Counted from the first letter of the stretch, positions 1 to 9,575 are shown. The stretch: 64,000 nucleotides of DNA from Gemmatimonas sp. (GCA_965279375.1 OZ257156.1:192001-256000); one strand, 5' to 3'. Numbers and translations: made by a program. The notes: a model not told the origin generated them from the sequence alone.

Positions 1-929
1 GTGAAGGGGAGCCCGGTCTGCTTGAGATAGTTCAGAAAAATCTCTCGCTTCCCGGCGTAGAGCATCTTCATCTCCGTGTAGTAGCTGTCGGGGAGTTCGA
101 GCCCGGCGACGGCTGCTTCCTGCAGCGGCGCCGACGCGCCAACGGTGAGGAAGTCGTGCACTTTGCGCGCCTGCGCAATCACGTGCGGCGCAGCGTGCAC
201 GTAGCCCAAACGCCATCCGGTGATGGAGTACGTCTTGGAGAGCGAGTTGCAGGTGATCGTGCGTTCGAACGCGCCGGGGAGCGTGTTGAAGTACGTGTGC
301 ACGTGCGGCTCGTAGACGATGTGCTCGTACGGCTCGTCGGTGATGACGAAGCAGTCGTGCTCTTCGGCGAGGCGCAGGATGGTCAACAGTTCGTCGCGCG
401 TGAAGACCTTACCCGTGGGATTGCCCGGGTTGCAGATGACGATCGCCTTGGGCTTCTGCGCGAACGCACGCGCGAGTTCTTCTTCGTCGAAGTTGAACTC
501 GGGCGGACGCAGCGGGACGTAGATGGGCACGGCACCAGAGAGAATGGCGTCGGCCGCGTAGTTCTCGTAGAACGGCGAGAAGACGATGACCTTGTCGCCC
601 GGATTGCATGCGGTCATCATCGCGACCATCATCGCTTCGGTGCTGCCGCAGGTGACGACGAGGTGGCGTTCCGGATCGACGTCGAGTCCGGTGAAGCGCG
701 CAATCTTGCGCGCGAGTGCCTCGCGGAATCGCGGCGCGCCCCACGTCACAGCGTACTGGTGATGCGGGCCACGCGTGGCGCGTTCGAGCCCGACGAGCAT
801 CTCCTCCGGCGGATCGAAATCCGGGAAGCCCTGCGAGAGGTTGATGGCGCCGAATTGGTTCGCCATGCGCGTGGTGCCGCGGATGACGGATTCGCTGAAG
901 ACGGAGAGGCGGGAGGCGGTGGCTGGCAT
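1..929 (-). CDS. PLP-dependent aminotransferase class I/II (3' end outside window)
   Basis: Not in the ORF track because it runs off the left edge. Manual translation from ATG 929 gives MPATASRLSVFSESVIRGTTRMANQFGAINLSQGFPDFDP..., then CNPGNPTG, ITDEPYEH and ISSLSKT (PLP-lysine motif). Confidence 0.9.
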   Translation of the reverse strand, partial: MPATASRLSVFSESVIRGTTRMANQFGAINLSQGFPDFDPPEEMLVGLERATRGPHHQYAVTWGAPRFREALARKIARFTGLDVDPERHLVVTCGSTEAMMVAMMTACNPGDKVIVFSPFYENYAADAILSGAVPIYVPLRPPEFNFDEEELARAFAQKPKAIVICNPGNPTGKVFTRDELLTILRLAEEHDCFVITDEPYEHIVYEPHVHTYFNTLPGAFERTITCNSLSKTYSITGWRLGYVHAAPHVIAQARKVHDFLTVGASAPLQEAAVAGLELPDSYYTEMKMLYAGKREIFLNYLKQTGLPF

Positions 930-936
930 GGTCGAG

Positions 937-957
937 AAAATACGCGCCGGTTATACT
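937..957. promoter_or_regulatory. Back-to-back -10 boxes of two divergent, probably leaderless genes
   Basis: Minus-strand TATTTT (937-942) lies 7 nt before ATG 929. Plus-strand TATACT (952-957) lies 6 nt before ATG 964. The gap is only 34 bp and has no SD. Confidence 0.6.
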
Positions 958-963
958 CCGTGC

Positions 964-1437
964 ATGACCCCTGCCCCGATCGACGTCGGGCTCTCGAACG
1001 CCCAACCCGTCAGCGATGTGCGATCTGGCGCCGTGCTGCTCTACGACGGCGACTGCGGCTTCTGTGCGGGCAGCGTGCAGTTCGTGCTGGCGCACGAGCC
1101 CGAGGCGCGTCGTGATGCCCTGCGCTTCGCCCCGCTGCAGGGACGGTTCGGCGCCGAGGTGATGCGTCGCTTCCCGGAAATCGGTGGCGTGGACTCCGTC
1201 GTCTGGTTCGAATCCGGCGCCGATGCGCGTCCCAGGGTGCGCGTGAAGTCAGCCGCTGCACTGGCAGCGCTGGCGCACGTGGGTGGCCTCTGGCGTGTGC
1301 TGGCGGGGCTTGGGATGCTAGTGCCGTGCGTGGTGCGCGACCTCGTGTACGATGCGGTCGCCAAACGCCGCTTCGAGTTGGCCGCGCCCGCGTGCCTGAT
1401 TCCCACGCCGGAAACGCGCACGCGCTTTCTCGCGTAG
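964..1437 (+). CDS. DCC1-like thiol-disulfide oxidoreductase (DUF393)
   Basis: Motifs LLYDGDCGFC, FAPLQ and RDLVYDAVAKRR. Start moved to ATG 964. Confidence 0.85.
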   Translation: MTPAPIDVGLSNAQPVSDVRSGAVLLYDGDCGFCAGSVQFVLAHEPEARRDALRFAPLQGRFGAEVMRRFPEIGGVDSVVWFESGADARPRVRVKSAAALAALAHVGGLWRVLAGLGMLVPCVVRDLVYDAVAKRRFELAAPACLIPTPETRTRFLA

Positions 1438-1515
1438 CTTCGCGTCACGCCACTTCGGTTGGAGTACGTCCGCCTTCGCTCGAATTTCACGACCTTACTT
1501 GCCAACACACCGGGC

Positions 1516-2412
1516 ATGACTGCAGCCTCAAGCGAACCGTCGTTGTCTCCTGCGTTGCGCGATCGCGTTCTCGCGCGCATCGGAATCACCACGCCGATCG
1601 CGACCGACTACGACGGACTGGCGCGCGTGTTCAAGGCATGGTGCGACCACATTCCGTTCGACAACGTGCGCAAGCTGATCGCGCTCCGCACCAACGATGC
1701 GCGGCCGCTGCCGGGAACGACGGGCACGGACTTCTTCGAGGCGTTTCTCGAACACGGCAGTGGTGGCACCTGCTGGTCCACGAGTAACGCCATCTACGAA
1801 CTGCTGGCGAGCATGGGCTTCACTGTTCGTCGCGTGGCCGCATCGATGCGCGACCAGGGGTTCGTCACGCATGGCACGGTGAAGGCCACCATTGACGGTG
1901 CCGACTGGCTCGTGGACACCTCCATCCTGTCCAACATTCCGCTCCCCGTCACACATCAGCCGTTCATCAGCGACGACACGATTTTCACCGCGGAGATCGA
2001 ACCCACCGACGCGCTGCATCTCGTCTGGTACAGCATTCCGCCCAACGTCGGCTACACGCCGTGCCGCATGCTGGACGACAACATCAGCCACGCCTACCTC
2101 AGCGCGGCCTACGAGAAGTCACGCGGCTTTGGTGCATTCAATCAGCACATCTACGCGCGTCGCAACTTTCCAGGGCTGATGCTGCTCATGCGCGGACCGG
2201 TGCTCTATCGACGCACCAGCGCGGGCACGTCGCAGCAAGCGCTCGAGCGCGACGACGTCGTCTCGCTGCTGCGCAACGAATTCGGAATCAGCGACGCACT
2301 GGTCTCGCGCTGGATCGACGTCGGAGGGCTCGATGCGACGTTCGAGCCCTGGGCCGGACCGCCGCCGGTCGTTCCGCCAAGCACACCACCGTCGAGCCGC
2401 ATCGGGCGCTAA
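1516..2412 (+). CDS. Arylamine N-acetyltransferase family protein
   Basis: HIPFDN, GGTCW (catalytic Cys), then H and WLVD completing a Cys-His-Asp triad. Confidence 0.8.
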   Translation: MTAASSEPSLSPALRDRVLARIGITTPIATDYDGLARVFKAWCDHIPFDNVRKLIALRTNDARPLPGTTGTDFFEAFLEHGSGGTCWSTSNAIYELLASMGFTVRRVAASMRDQGFVTHGTVKATIDGADWLVDTSILSNIPLPVTHQPFISDDTIFTAEIEPTDALHLVWYSIPPNVGYTPCRMLDDNISHAYLSAAYEKSRGFGAFNQHIYARRNFPGLMLLMRGPVLYRRTSAGTSQQALERDDVVSLLRNEFGISDALVSRWIDVGGLDATFEPWAGPPPVVPPSTPPSSRIGR

Positions 2413-2436
2413 CCGTCCGTTGCGAACCGGTCGACG

Positions 2437-4119
2437 CTACCGGCCACCGGGCTTGGGCTCGACCTTGGTTTCGATGTAGTAGTCGCGGAGCGGAACAACG
2501 ATCGTCGTCGCGGAGCTTCCAGTCAGCGACTGCCACGTGGTCGTCGGCGTGATCGTACGCTCCTGTCCGTCCACCTGTACACGCATGGGCATCGCGAAAC
2601 CGGACACGACGTGGTTCCAGCGATACTCCAGCGTCGCACCGGACACTCGCGTCTCGAAGAGCGGGACCATCGTCGTCTCCAGATACTGTGCGAAGAACGC
2701 GGCGAGATCGAGGCCGGCGCGCTTGGCGAGGTAGTCACGCACTTGCTGCCCGCTCACAGTCTGATGACGAAACGTCTGCTGCAGGCCGCGCAGCATGCTG
2801 CGCCACTTCTCGTCGTCGTTGATGATCGTGCGCAGCGTGTGGAGCACGTTCGCGCCCTTCATGTACATGTCACCCGAGCCTTCTTCGTTCACGCCAAACG
2901 ACCCGACGATCGGCCTGTCGTTGGCGATGGTCATGCGCTGTCCGATCACGTAGGCGGCGCCCGCGGCTTTCCCCTGCTGACACTCCGTGTACAGGTTCTC
3001 AGCGTACGTGCCAAAGGCCTCGTGAATCCACATGTCGGCCGCGTCGCGATCGGTGAGGCTGTTGGCCCACCATTCGTGCGCGCTTTCGTGGATGATGATG
3101 TAGTCCCAGCGCAGCCCATTGCCGGTGCCAGAGAGATCCTGCCCGAGGTAGCCGTTCATGAACCGATTGCCGTACGCCACGGCGCTCTGATGCTCCATGC
3201 CGAGGTACGGTGTCTCCACCAGCTTGAAGCCATCGTCGTACCACGGGAACGGACCAAACCAGTGCTCGAAGCAGCCGAGCATCGGTCGCACCTGCGCCCA
3301 CTGCGCGCGCGCAGCGGTTTCGTGGTAGGCGAGCGGATAGAAGTCGAGCGTGAGCGGCCCCGTCTCGCCCTGATAGACCTCGGACCAATGGGCGTAGCGA
3401 CCGGCATTGACCGCGATGCCGTAGTTGTTGATCGGCGAGGTGACGAACCACTCCCACGTGGTCCAGCCATCGGCGCCACGAGTCACGCTGCGCAGCCGTC
3501 CATTGGACACATTCATCGACGAGTCGGGGAGCGAGATCGCGACGCGCTGGCTGTCCGGTTCATCGGCCGGGAAGTCTTTGGTGGGCCACCACGCGCTGGC
3601 GCCCATGCCTTCGATCGCGGTGGCGACCCATCGATTGCCGAGGCTGTCGCGCTGCCAGACAAAGCCACCGTCCCAGGGCGGCGTCTTGGCGACCGGTGGA
3701 CGACCGTGGTAGTAGACGCTGATTGTGCGTGACGCGCCGACGGGTTGCTGCGGCGGCGTACGCGCGAAAATCGCGTTCCCCTCGCGCCGCCACGGGACGG
3801 AGGACGCACCAAATCGGATGCTGTCCACGACCAGCGGCTCCTGCAGATCGATCTGCAGCTCGCCGGCGACCGCGCGGTTAGGCGCGAGCACGCGATACGT
3901 GAGCGCGTTGTACCCGGAGATCGTGCTGTCGCGGGGATCCACCCGCACATGCAGGTCGTAGAACTCGGCGTCCCACCACGCGCGCTGCGGCGTATTGCTG
4001 CCCCGCAACGTGTCCGCCCGCGTGAATCGCTTTTCTGGTGCCTGCGCGCCGCTGATGCGCGCCGAGGATACGGAAACGCCGGCCAGCAGCAAGGCCAGGG
4101 CGAGTGAGATTCGGCGCAT
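2437..4119 (-). CDS. Secreted M1 family metallopeptidase
   Basis: Signal peptide, GMEH and HESAHEWW followed by a downstream Glu (WIHE). Confidence 0.9.
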   Translation of the reverse strand: MRRISLALALLLAGVSVSSARISGAQAPEKRFTRADTLRGSNTPQRAWWDAEFYDLHVRVDPRDSTISGYNALTYRVLAPNRAVAGELQIDLQEPLVVDSIRFGASSVPWRREGNAIFARTPPQQPVGASRTISVYYHGRPPVAKTPPWDGGFVWQRDSLGNRWVATAIEGMGASAWWPTKDFPADEPDSQRVAISLPDSSMNVSNGRLRSVTRGADGWTTWEWFVTSPINNYGIAVNAGRYAHWSEVYQGETGPLTLDFYPLAYHETAARAQWAQVRPMLGCFEHWFGPFPWYDDGFKLVETPYLGMEHQSAVAYGNRFMNGYLGQDLSGTGNGLRWDYIIIHESAHEWWANSLTDRDAADMWIHEAFGTYAENLYTECQQGKAAGAAYVIGQRMTIANDRPIVGSFGVNEEGSGDMYMKGANVLHTLRTIINDDEKWRSMLRGLQQTFRHQTVSGQQVRDYLAKRAGLDLAAFFAQYLETTMVPLFETRVSGATLEYRWNHVVSGFAMPMRVQVDGQERTITPTTTWQSLTGSSATTIVVPLRDYYIETKVEPKPGGR

Positions 4120-4160
4120 GTCGCGATGAGAAGGGAATCAGCCTCCGAGCTATCCGCTCG

Positions 4161-4227
4161 AAACTAGGACGCCGCTGCGTCAGCGCAACGTCAGCGCTTC
4201 GTCAATCGCAGCGTCAGCGCAACGTCA
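4161..4227 (-). promoter_or_regulatory. Putative M1 peptidase promoter overlapped by five phased TGACG repeats
   Basis: Plus-strand CGTCA at 4178, 4189, 4200, 4212 and 4223. Minus-strand TTGCGC(4188-4183)-16nt-TAGTTT(4166-4161). Confidence 0.5.
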
Positions 4228-4666
4228 ACTGATCCGGGCCCGCGATGCGCCGCACGTGGCATCGACACACGGTGGCAGCGGTTGCTGGCGGCTTCTTGCC
4301 CGAAGTTGTCGCTGGCGACGGCTCCGCGGTCCCCACCGTTACTGTCACGCGTTGCGTGCGCGATCGCCAGCGCACGATGACCTCGAACGGCTCGCCCGCC
4401 GCACGCACGGAGTCTTTGAGCATGTCGTCGGCGATGGTGTAGATGCCCGGCAGGTCGGCGCTTGCTTCGCGTTCGACATTGGTCGAGACGCGTCGGACGC
4501 GCACCGTGGCATCGGGGATGGGCGCGCCCTTCGCATCGCGCAGCGTGAGCGTGACGAGCGCGAAGTTGGCGCTGCACATGCACGGTTCAGGCACCTGTCC
4601 CCCCATGCCCGAAAACAGACTGAGCGCGACCCTCGTGAGGAGTGCCGCGCTCAGCTGACATAGCAT
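4214..4666 (-). CDS. Hypothetical exported protein with carboxypeptidase-regulatory-like beta domain and CxC / CxCH motifs
   Basis: MLCQLSAALL...EPCMCSANFALVTLTLRDAKGAPIPDATVRV...CRCHV. Starts 17 bp after the protease stop. Confidence 0.6.
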   Translation of the reverse strand: MLCQLSAALLTRVALSLFSGMGGQVPEPCMCSANFALVTLTLRDAKGAPIPDATVRVRRVSTNVEREASADLPGIYTIADDMLKDSVRAAGEPFEVIVRWRSRTQRVTVTVGTAEPSPATTSGKKPPATAATVCRCHVRRIAGPDQLTLR

Positions 4667-4683
4667 GGCCGTCGGTGCTGGGG

Positions 4684-5805
4684 TCAGCGCGTGGTCCGAC
4701 GCCGAGCGCCTGCCGCCACCACCAGCAAGCCCACAGCGACGAGTGCCAACGAACTCGGCTCCGGCACCGCACTGAACTGACCGATCCACTGGGCGTTGTA
4801 GCTCGTGGACGCCCAACCACTGAATTCGCCGAAGGTCGAGTTCAGGTTGTTGTCGAGATCGCCGAACTGCGTGCCGAACGTGATGCCGTACGACGCGACA
4901 CCCGCGATCCGCCCGTTGATGAAGAGCGGACCGCCCGAGTCGCCACCGCCCAACCCAACCTCGCGCAATCCGCGACCGAGGTCGCAGAACTGCGTGGTGC
5001 CGAAGTACGCGCCGAGTTCGCAGGAGGCATCGTTGGCGCTCTTGCCGTTGTCGAAGTCTGCCACCAGACCATAAGGATCCGCGGTGCCGAACGACGCAGG
5101 GCCACCCGGCACAAAGAGGTCGAAGAACGCCGGGTCGGTCCAGCTGAAATCGACCAGATTCTGCCCCTGACGGCGGTTGGATAGGGCGAAGCCCGGAGCA
5201 AGTGTTTCCCCGGTGTCACCAGTCCCCGACGTGCCGGAGCCGACGACGTTAGCCGTCTGCCCGAAGGGATTCCCCATGAACAGGTCGTACGACTTGGACG
5301 CCATCGACGGCTTGTTTTCGAGCTTGATCACGGCGACGTCGTGCGCGTCGATGACTTCGCCGGTGTACAGCGGATTCACAAAGAACTGCGAACCCGTCAC
5401 GAATTCACGGGTACCGGCACCTGGTCCGGATGGGAAGAAGACCGAGGTGGTGGCGGTCGTGATGATCGAGCCGGTGCCGTCGGTGAGACAGTGGGCGGCC
5501 GTGAGCATGTACGCGCCGCCGGCAATGAGGGCGCCGGAACAGATGAAGGTGCCATCGGTGCGCTCGATGAAGATCGCGCCGACGCCGTCATAGTATGCGC
5601 CGGGGGGAGTCGTATAGAGCTGGGCGGCCGCGTCATCGCCAGCCACCACCAACAGCTTGCGAGCCTGAGCGGAAAGCGGGCCGTATCGAGCGGGCTGAGA
5701 GCCCACGATTGGACTCGGCAGCGACGGCGGCGTCCACTGCTGCGCGTTCGCTACTCCCGCGGTCAGGAGGGAGGCGGCGAGGATAGCTTTCTTCAGGTGG
5801 TCCAT
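4684..5805 (-). CDS. Trypsin-like (S1) serine protease with PEP-CTERM sorting signal
   Basis: Signal peptide; CSGALI, TAAHC, HDVAVI and GDSGGP; C-terminal VPEPSSLALVAVGLLVVAAGARRR. Confidence 0.9.
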   Translation of the reverse strand: MDHLKKAILAASLLTAGVANAQQWTPPSLPSPIVGSQPARYGPLSAQARKLLVVAGDDAAAQLYTTPPGAYYDGVGAIFIERTDGTFICSGALIAGGAYMLTAAHCLTDGTGSIITTATTSVFFPSGPGAGTREFVTGSQFFVNPLYTGEVIDAHDVAVIKLENKPSMASKSYDLFMGNPFGQTANVVGSGTSGTGDTGETLAPGFALSNRRQGQNLVDFSWTDPAFFDLFVPGGPASFGTADPYGLVADFDNGKSANDASCELGAYFGTTQFCDLGRGLREVGLGGGDSGGPLFINGRIAGVASYGITFGTQFGDLDNNLNSTFGEFSGWASTSYNAQWIGQFSAVPEPSSLALVAVGLLVVAAGARRRTTR

Positions 5806-6029
5806 AGCGAATCTCATTCCCGCGCAAGAGTATGAACGATCGCGTGTCAGCCATTGCGAACGGCACGTTGCGCCCTGCCGTGGCTCTAAGGCGCTACGCT
5901 AGTTCGCGTGCTCCAGTCCGTCAACATCTGTATTCGCAGGGGCCGCGACCTCGATCCGATCGTTTCGTGCGAGCCGTCACAGTCTGTCGCGATCGACGGC
6001 GCGCCGTTGTTGAACCACTGAGGAATTTC

Positions 6030-7658
6030 ATGCGCGTGCGCTCTTCCCTGCTCGCTCGCCTTCGTCAGGCGACCACCATCTCGCTGTCGGCGGTCTCGCT
6101 GTCGGCCGCCTCGCTCCTCATCGGCACGCTGAGTCTTTCACGCGAGCTCGACGCGCAGGTGCGGCGACCGATTCTGACGCCGCCCAAGCCGGTCGTGCCG
6201 CCAGCGTCCCCGACACCGACCAAGCCAACGCCGGCCGCGCCAGCAACAACTCCCGCAGCAGCCGCGCAGCCGAGTGCACGCGTCATCGGCGTGGTATTCG
6301 ACAGCACGGCGATGCGGCCGCTTGCTGGTGCGCTGGTGCAGCTGGTCGCGTCGGACGATCCGTCGCGCGTCCGCTCCTCGACATCGGACGCGCGCGGTGC
6401 ATACGCGCTCGATTCCGTGCGGGCGGGCTCCTACCTGCTCGGCTTCTTCCACGCGAAGCTGGACTCACTGGGTATCGAAGCGCCGCTGCTGCGCGTGGAC
6501 GTGCGCACCGATGGCGAGATCCGCGCCCCGGTCGCGATTCCCTCCGGACGAACGCTCGTCGCGCGGCTGTGCGGTCCGTCGGCTGCCGCTGAAGGTCAGG
6601 GGATGTTCATGGGCTTCGTGCGCTCGTCGCGCGCCGAAGGGTTGAGCGCACCCGCGCGCATTCGTGCGCAATGGAAGTCAGTGACGCTCGGGCCTCGCGG
6701 TGTCGAGCGACGCTCGCCGGCCCTGTACGCGACGACGTCGGCGTCAGGCGCATTCTCGATCTGCGGCATCCCGACGGACGGCACCTTCATGGCGCGTGCG
6801 TTCGTTGGCGCCGATTCGAGCGGGTTCGTGGAGCTCGAGGCGCCACGCAACGGATTCCTGTTCCGCGATGTGTACGTCGGCTCGGCGACCAAAGTGCCCG
6901 CGCCGGTAGTGGACGACCCCGAGGCCAAGCCGGGTACGCTCTCGTCGTCGGGCGCGACAGTCCTGCGTGGCAACGGCAAACTGCGTGGCATTGTACGCAA
7001 TGCCAACGGACAGCCCGTGCAAGGCGCGCGACTCGTGGTGTGGGGCAGCGGCGTGGAAGCCACGACCGGTGCGAGCGGACAGTTCGCCATGCAGACACTG
7101 CCGGCTGGCACCTACACGCTCGAGTCGCGCGCGCTGGGCTACATGCCGCGTCGCACCGCGGTCGATGTACTCGATGGCACCGAGGGATCGGCGGAGATTG
7201 CTCTCGATGCATTCGTCCCGACGGTGGACACGGTGCGCATCAAGGCGAATCGCGGACAGGGACTCGACCAGTTGGCCGACTTCGAGAAGCGTCGCAAGAG
7301 CGCCTTCGGGCACTTCATCGACGAGGATGCACTTTCGCGTCGCAACCCTACGTACATGTCGGATGTGTTTCGCACGACACCCGGGATGACGATCATGCCG
7401 GGACAGTCGTTCGGCGATCAGGTGTTGATGCGCGGGAGCGGCGGCAGCGGCACGTGCATTCCGGCGATCTTCCTGAACAACATGCGCGTGATGAACGACG
7501 ACGGAAATCTCGACAACCTGGTGAACCCGCAGGAGGTGCGCGCGGTCGAGATCTATTCTCGCACGGCTAGTGTGCCCATTCAGTTCCAGGCGACGAACGG
7601 CTGCGGGTCGATCGTGATTTGGACGGGTGGACGTCGCCCGCCGGCAGACCGTCGGTAG
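6030..7658 (+). CDS. Exported protein with repeated carboxypeptidase-regulatory-like domains and a C-terminal TonB plug-like domain, no beta-barrel
   Basis: GVVFDSTAMRPLAGALV and GIVRNANGQPVQGARL domains; ends ...VNPQEVRAVEIY...CGSIVIWT. GAGGA precedes ATG 6030. Confidence 0.8.
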   Translation: MRVRSSLLARLRQATTISLSAVSLSAASLLIGTLSLSRELDAQVRRPILTPPKPVVPPASPTPTKPTPAAPATTPAAAAQPSARVIGVVFDSTAMRPLAGALVQLVASDDPSRVRSSTSDARGAYALDSVRAGSYLLGFFHAKLDSLGIEAPLLRVDVRTDGEIRAPVAIPSGRTLVARLCGPSAAAEGQGMFMGFVRSSRAEGLSAPARIRAQWKSVTLGPRGVERRSPALYATTSASGAFSICGIPTDGTFMARAFVGADSSGFVELEAPRNGFLFRDVYVGSATKVPAPVVDDPEAKPGTLSSSGATVLRGNGKLRGIVRNANGQPVQGARLVVWGSGVEATTGASGQFAMQTLPAGTYTLESRALGYMPRRTAVDVLDGTEGSAEIALDAFVPTVDTVRIKANRGQGLDQLADFEKRRKSAFGHFIDEDALSRRNPTYMSDVFRTTPGMTIMPGQSFGDQVLMRGSGGSGTCIPAIFLNNMRVMNDDGNLDNLVNPQEVRAVEIYSRTASVPIQFQATNGCGSIVIWTGGRRPPADRR

Positions 7659-7939
7659 GGCGGGACGTCGCCGAGTGCGGTCCGCGTGATGCCCAGCGTC
7701 TCACCGATGCTGGGTCCGCGCGTCGATGCCGGCAGGGCTCGTCCGGCGTAGATTGCGCCGACCCGGCCCGCGGCGAGGCAGCAGCGCTGATGGTCGGATC
7801 GTGATTGCCGTGACCTAACGATTCCGCAGGTCGTCGGAACCGGCGTCAGGGTCGGGCTGCGAATCCTCGCTCGTGGGATCATGCTGTGCAGTCGGCCCGC
7901 GTTCGCGAACTCGCTCCGCACACACACCTACCTTTTTCA

Positions 7940-9550
7940 ATGCCCGAATCCGTTGATTCCTCGTCGCCCATGCGCGCTCCCCAGCGCATGTGGCCAATCG
8001 TGCTCTGGCACTTGTCCATCGTTGTCGCGATTGCTCTGGGACCGAGCGGAGTCGGTGTGCTGCGGGGACAAGGACCCGTGGCCAAAGAGGTGCAGCTTCA
8101 GCTGATCATCTGGAGCGCGTCGTTCCTCTTTGCTGCCTTGCTGCTCGCGTCACGCGTCGTGAGCGGGCGCCGCGTCACGGTGCCGCTGCCGTTGGGTGCG
8201 GTCGCGCTCAGCTGGGCTGCTGGCGGCGGCTATCTGTACATGGCGGCAGATGGCACGTTTGCGCGCAAAATGGCGATTGTGGCGGCAGTGCTGTCGATCT
8301 TCGCGGTCGCCGCGCCCTACTTTGTGCGCCGGCTGTTCACCCCGGTGGCGGTGCTATCGGGCGTTGCCGCGCTGGGTCTTGTCGCGATCATCGTCCGGGA
8401 TCAGCGTCGCCCACCGAGAGAGTCGATCGAGTACGCCGCGACGGTGCAGACCGCGAGCTATAACCTCGCGCTGACCACGGTGGCTGACCTGCGTGGACGC
8501 ATCGAGCCTCGCGGTGGAGGAGTGGTGGCGCTTTCTCGCGGCTATCTGGTCATCGGCGGAGAGGGGAAGATGGCTCGGCTCAACCAGCTCCCATCCGACA
8601 GCTTCGCCGTGACGATGCTCGCCGCGCGGGTGCCGATGAAAAGCGCCGGTTACGACTCCGCTGCCCGGAAGGTGAAGGATATGGAGCCGCACTTTCGTGT
8701 CACGAGCGCATTGCTCGATACGATGGCTTCTCCGGCCGTCCTGTACGTGGCGCATCATGCGTGGAACGAGCGGGATCGCTGTCAGACGTTGCGTGTGTCG
8801 AAGGCGGCGTTCCGCAGCGATGCGTCGCCTCGCGACACGCTCGAGTGGACGACCATTTTTGATTCGCGGCCGTGCATGGTGCTCACGGACAAGATGGACG
8901 GCAACGAATCGGGCGGGCGACTGGCGTGGGCGCCTGATGGTGGCCTGCTCCTGTCGATTGGAGACTACGGGTTCAACGGCATGGACATTCCCGTCTTCGC
9001 CCAGGACAGCTCCGTCGACTACGGCAAGGTGATGCACATCAGCAGGTCGGGGACATCGCAGGTCGTCAGCATCGGGCATCGCAACATGCAGGGGCTCCTC
9101 AGCGATGATGAGGGCAAGATCTGGAGCGTCGAACACGGTCCGCAGGGTGGCGACGAACTCAATCAGATTCAGAAGGGCGGCAACTATGGCTGGCCCTATC
9201 AGACCGATGGCACCGACTACGGCAAGAGATCGTGGCCCATGATCGAACGCGGCCCGGTCGACGCCCAGTATGTGCCGCCACAGCTGTCGTTCGTGCCATC
9301 GATTGCGCCCAGCAGCCTGATCGAGATGAAGGGGAATCACTTCCCTCGTTGGAAGGGTGATTTTCTCATCGGCACATTGCGGCTTCGATCGCTGTATCGG
9401 GTTCGCCGTCGCAACGACCGCGTGCGGTACGTGGAACCGATCGTGATCGGGACGCGAATTCGCGATCTGACCGAGGGCACGGACGGTACGTTGATGCTGT
9501 GGACGGACACGGGGCTGCTGATTCGTGTCGATTCGACCGGGGCGAAGTAG
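7940..9550 (+). CDS. Membrane-anchored PQQ-dependent glucose/sorbosone dehydrogenase-family protein
   Basis: N-terminal TM helices; GGRL, IGD, GHRNMQG, EHGPQGGDELN, NYGWP, SIAPS and RIRD. TACCTT lies 5 nt before ATG 7940. Confidence 0.85.
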   Translation: MPESVDSSSPMRAPQRMWPIVLWHLSIVVAIALGPSGVGVLRGQGPVAKEVQLQLIIWSASFLFAALLLASRVVSGRRVTVPLPLGAVALSWAAGGGYLYMAADGTFARKMAIVAAVLSIFAVAAPYFVRRLFTPVAVLSGVAALGLVAIIVRDQRRPPRESIEYAATVQTASYNLALTTVADLRGRIEPRGGGVVALSRGYLVIGGEGKMARLNQLPSDSFAVTMLAARVPMKSAGYDSAARKVKDMEPHFRVTSALLDTMASPAVLYVAHHAWNERDRCQTLRVSKAAFRSDASPRDTLEWTTIFDSRPCMVLTDKMDGNESGGRLAWAPDGGLLLSIGDYGFNGMDIPVFAQDSSVDYGKVMHISRSGTSQVVSIGHRNMQGLLSDDEGKIWSVEHGPQGGDELNQIQKGGNYGWPYQTDGTDYGKRSWPMIERGPVDAQYVPPQLSFVPSIAPSSLIEMKGNHFPRWKGDFLIGTLRLRSLYRVRRRNDRVRYVEPIVIGTRIRDLTEGTDGTLMLWTDTGLLIRVDSTGAK

Positions 9551-9575
9551 CCGCAGCTGGGCACGCGTCGCTTTC

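Noticed and set aside
7660..7939. ncRNA or small ORF in the 280-bp gap
   Set aside because: Only short GC-rich hairpins (such as CCCAGCGTC/GATGCTGGG), with no recognisable RNA motif or convincing ORF.
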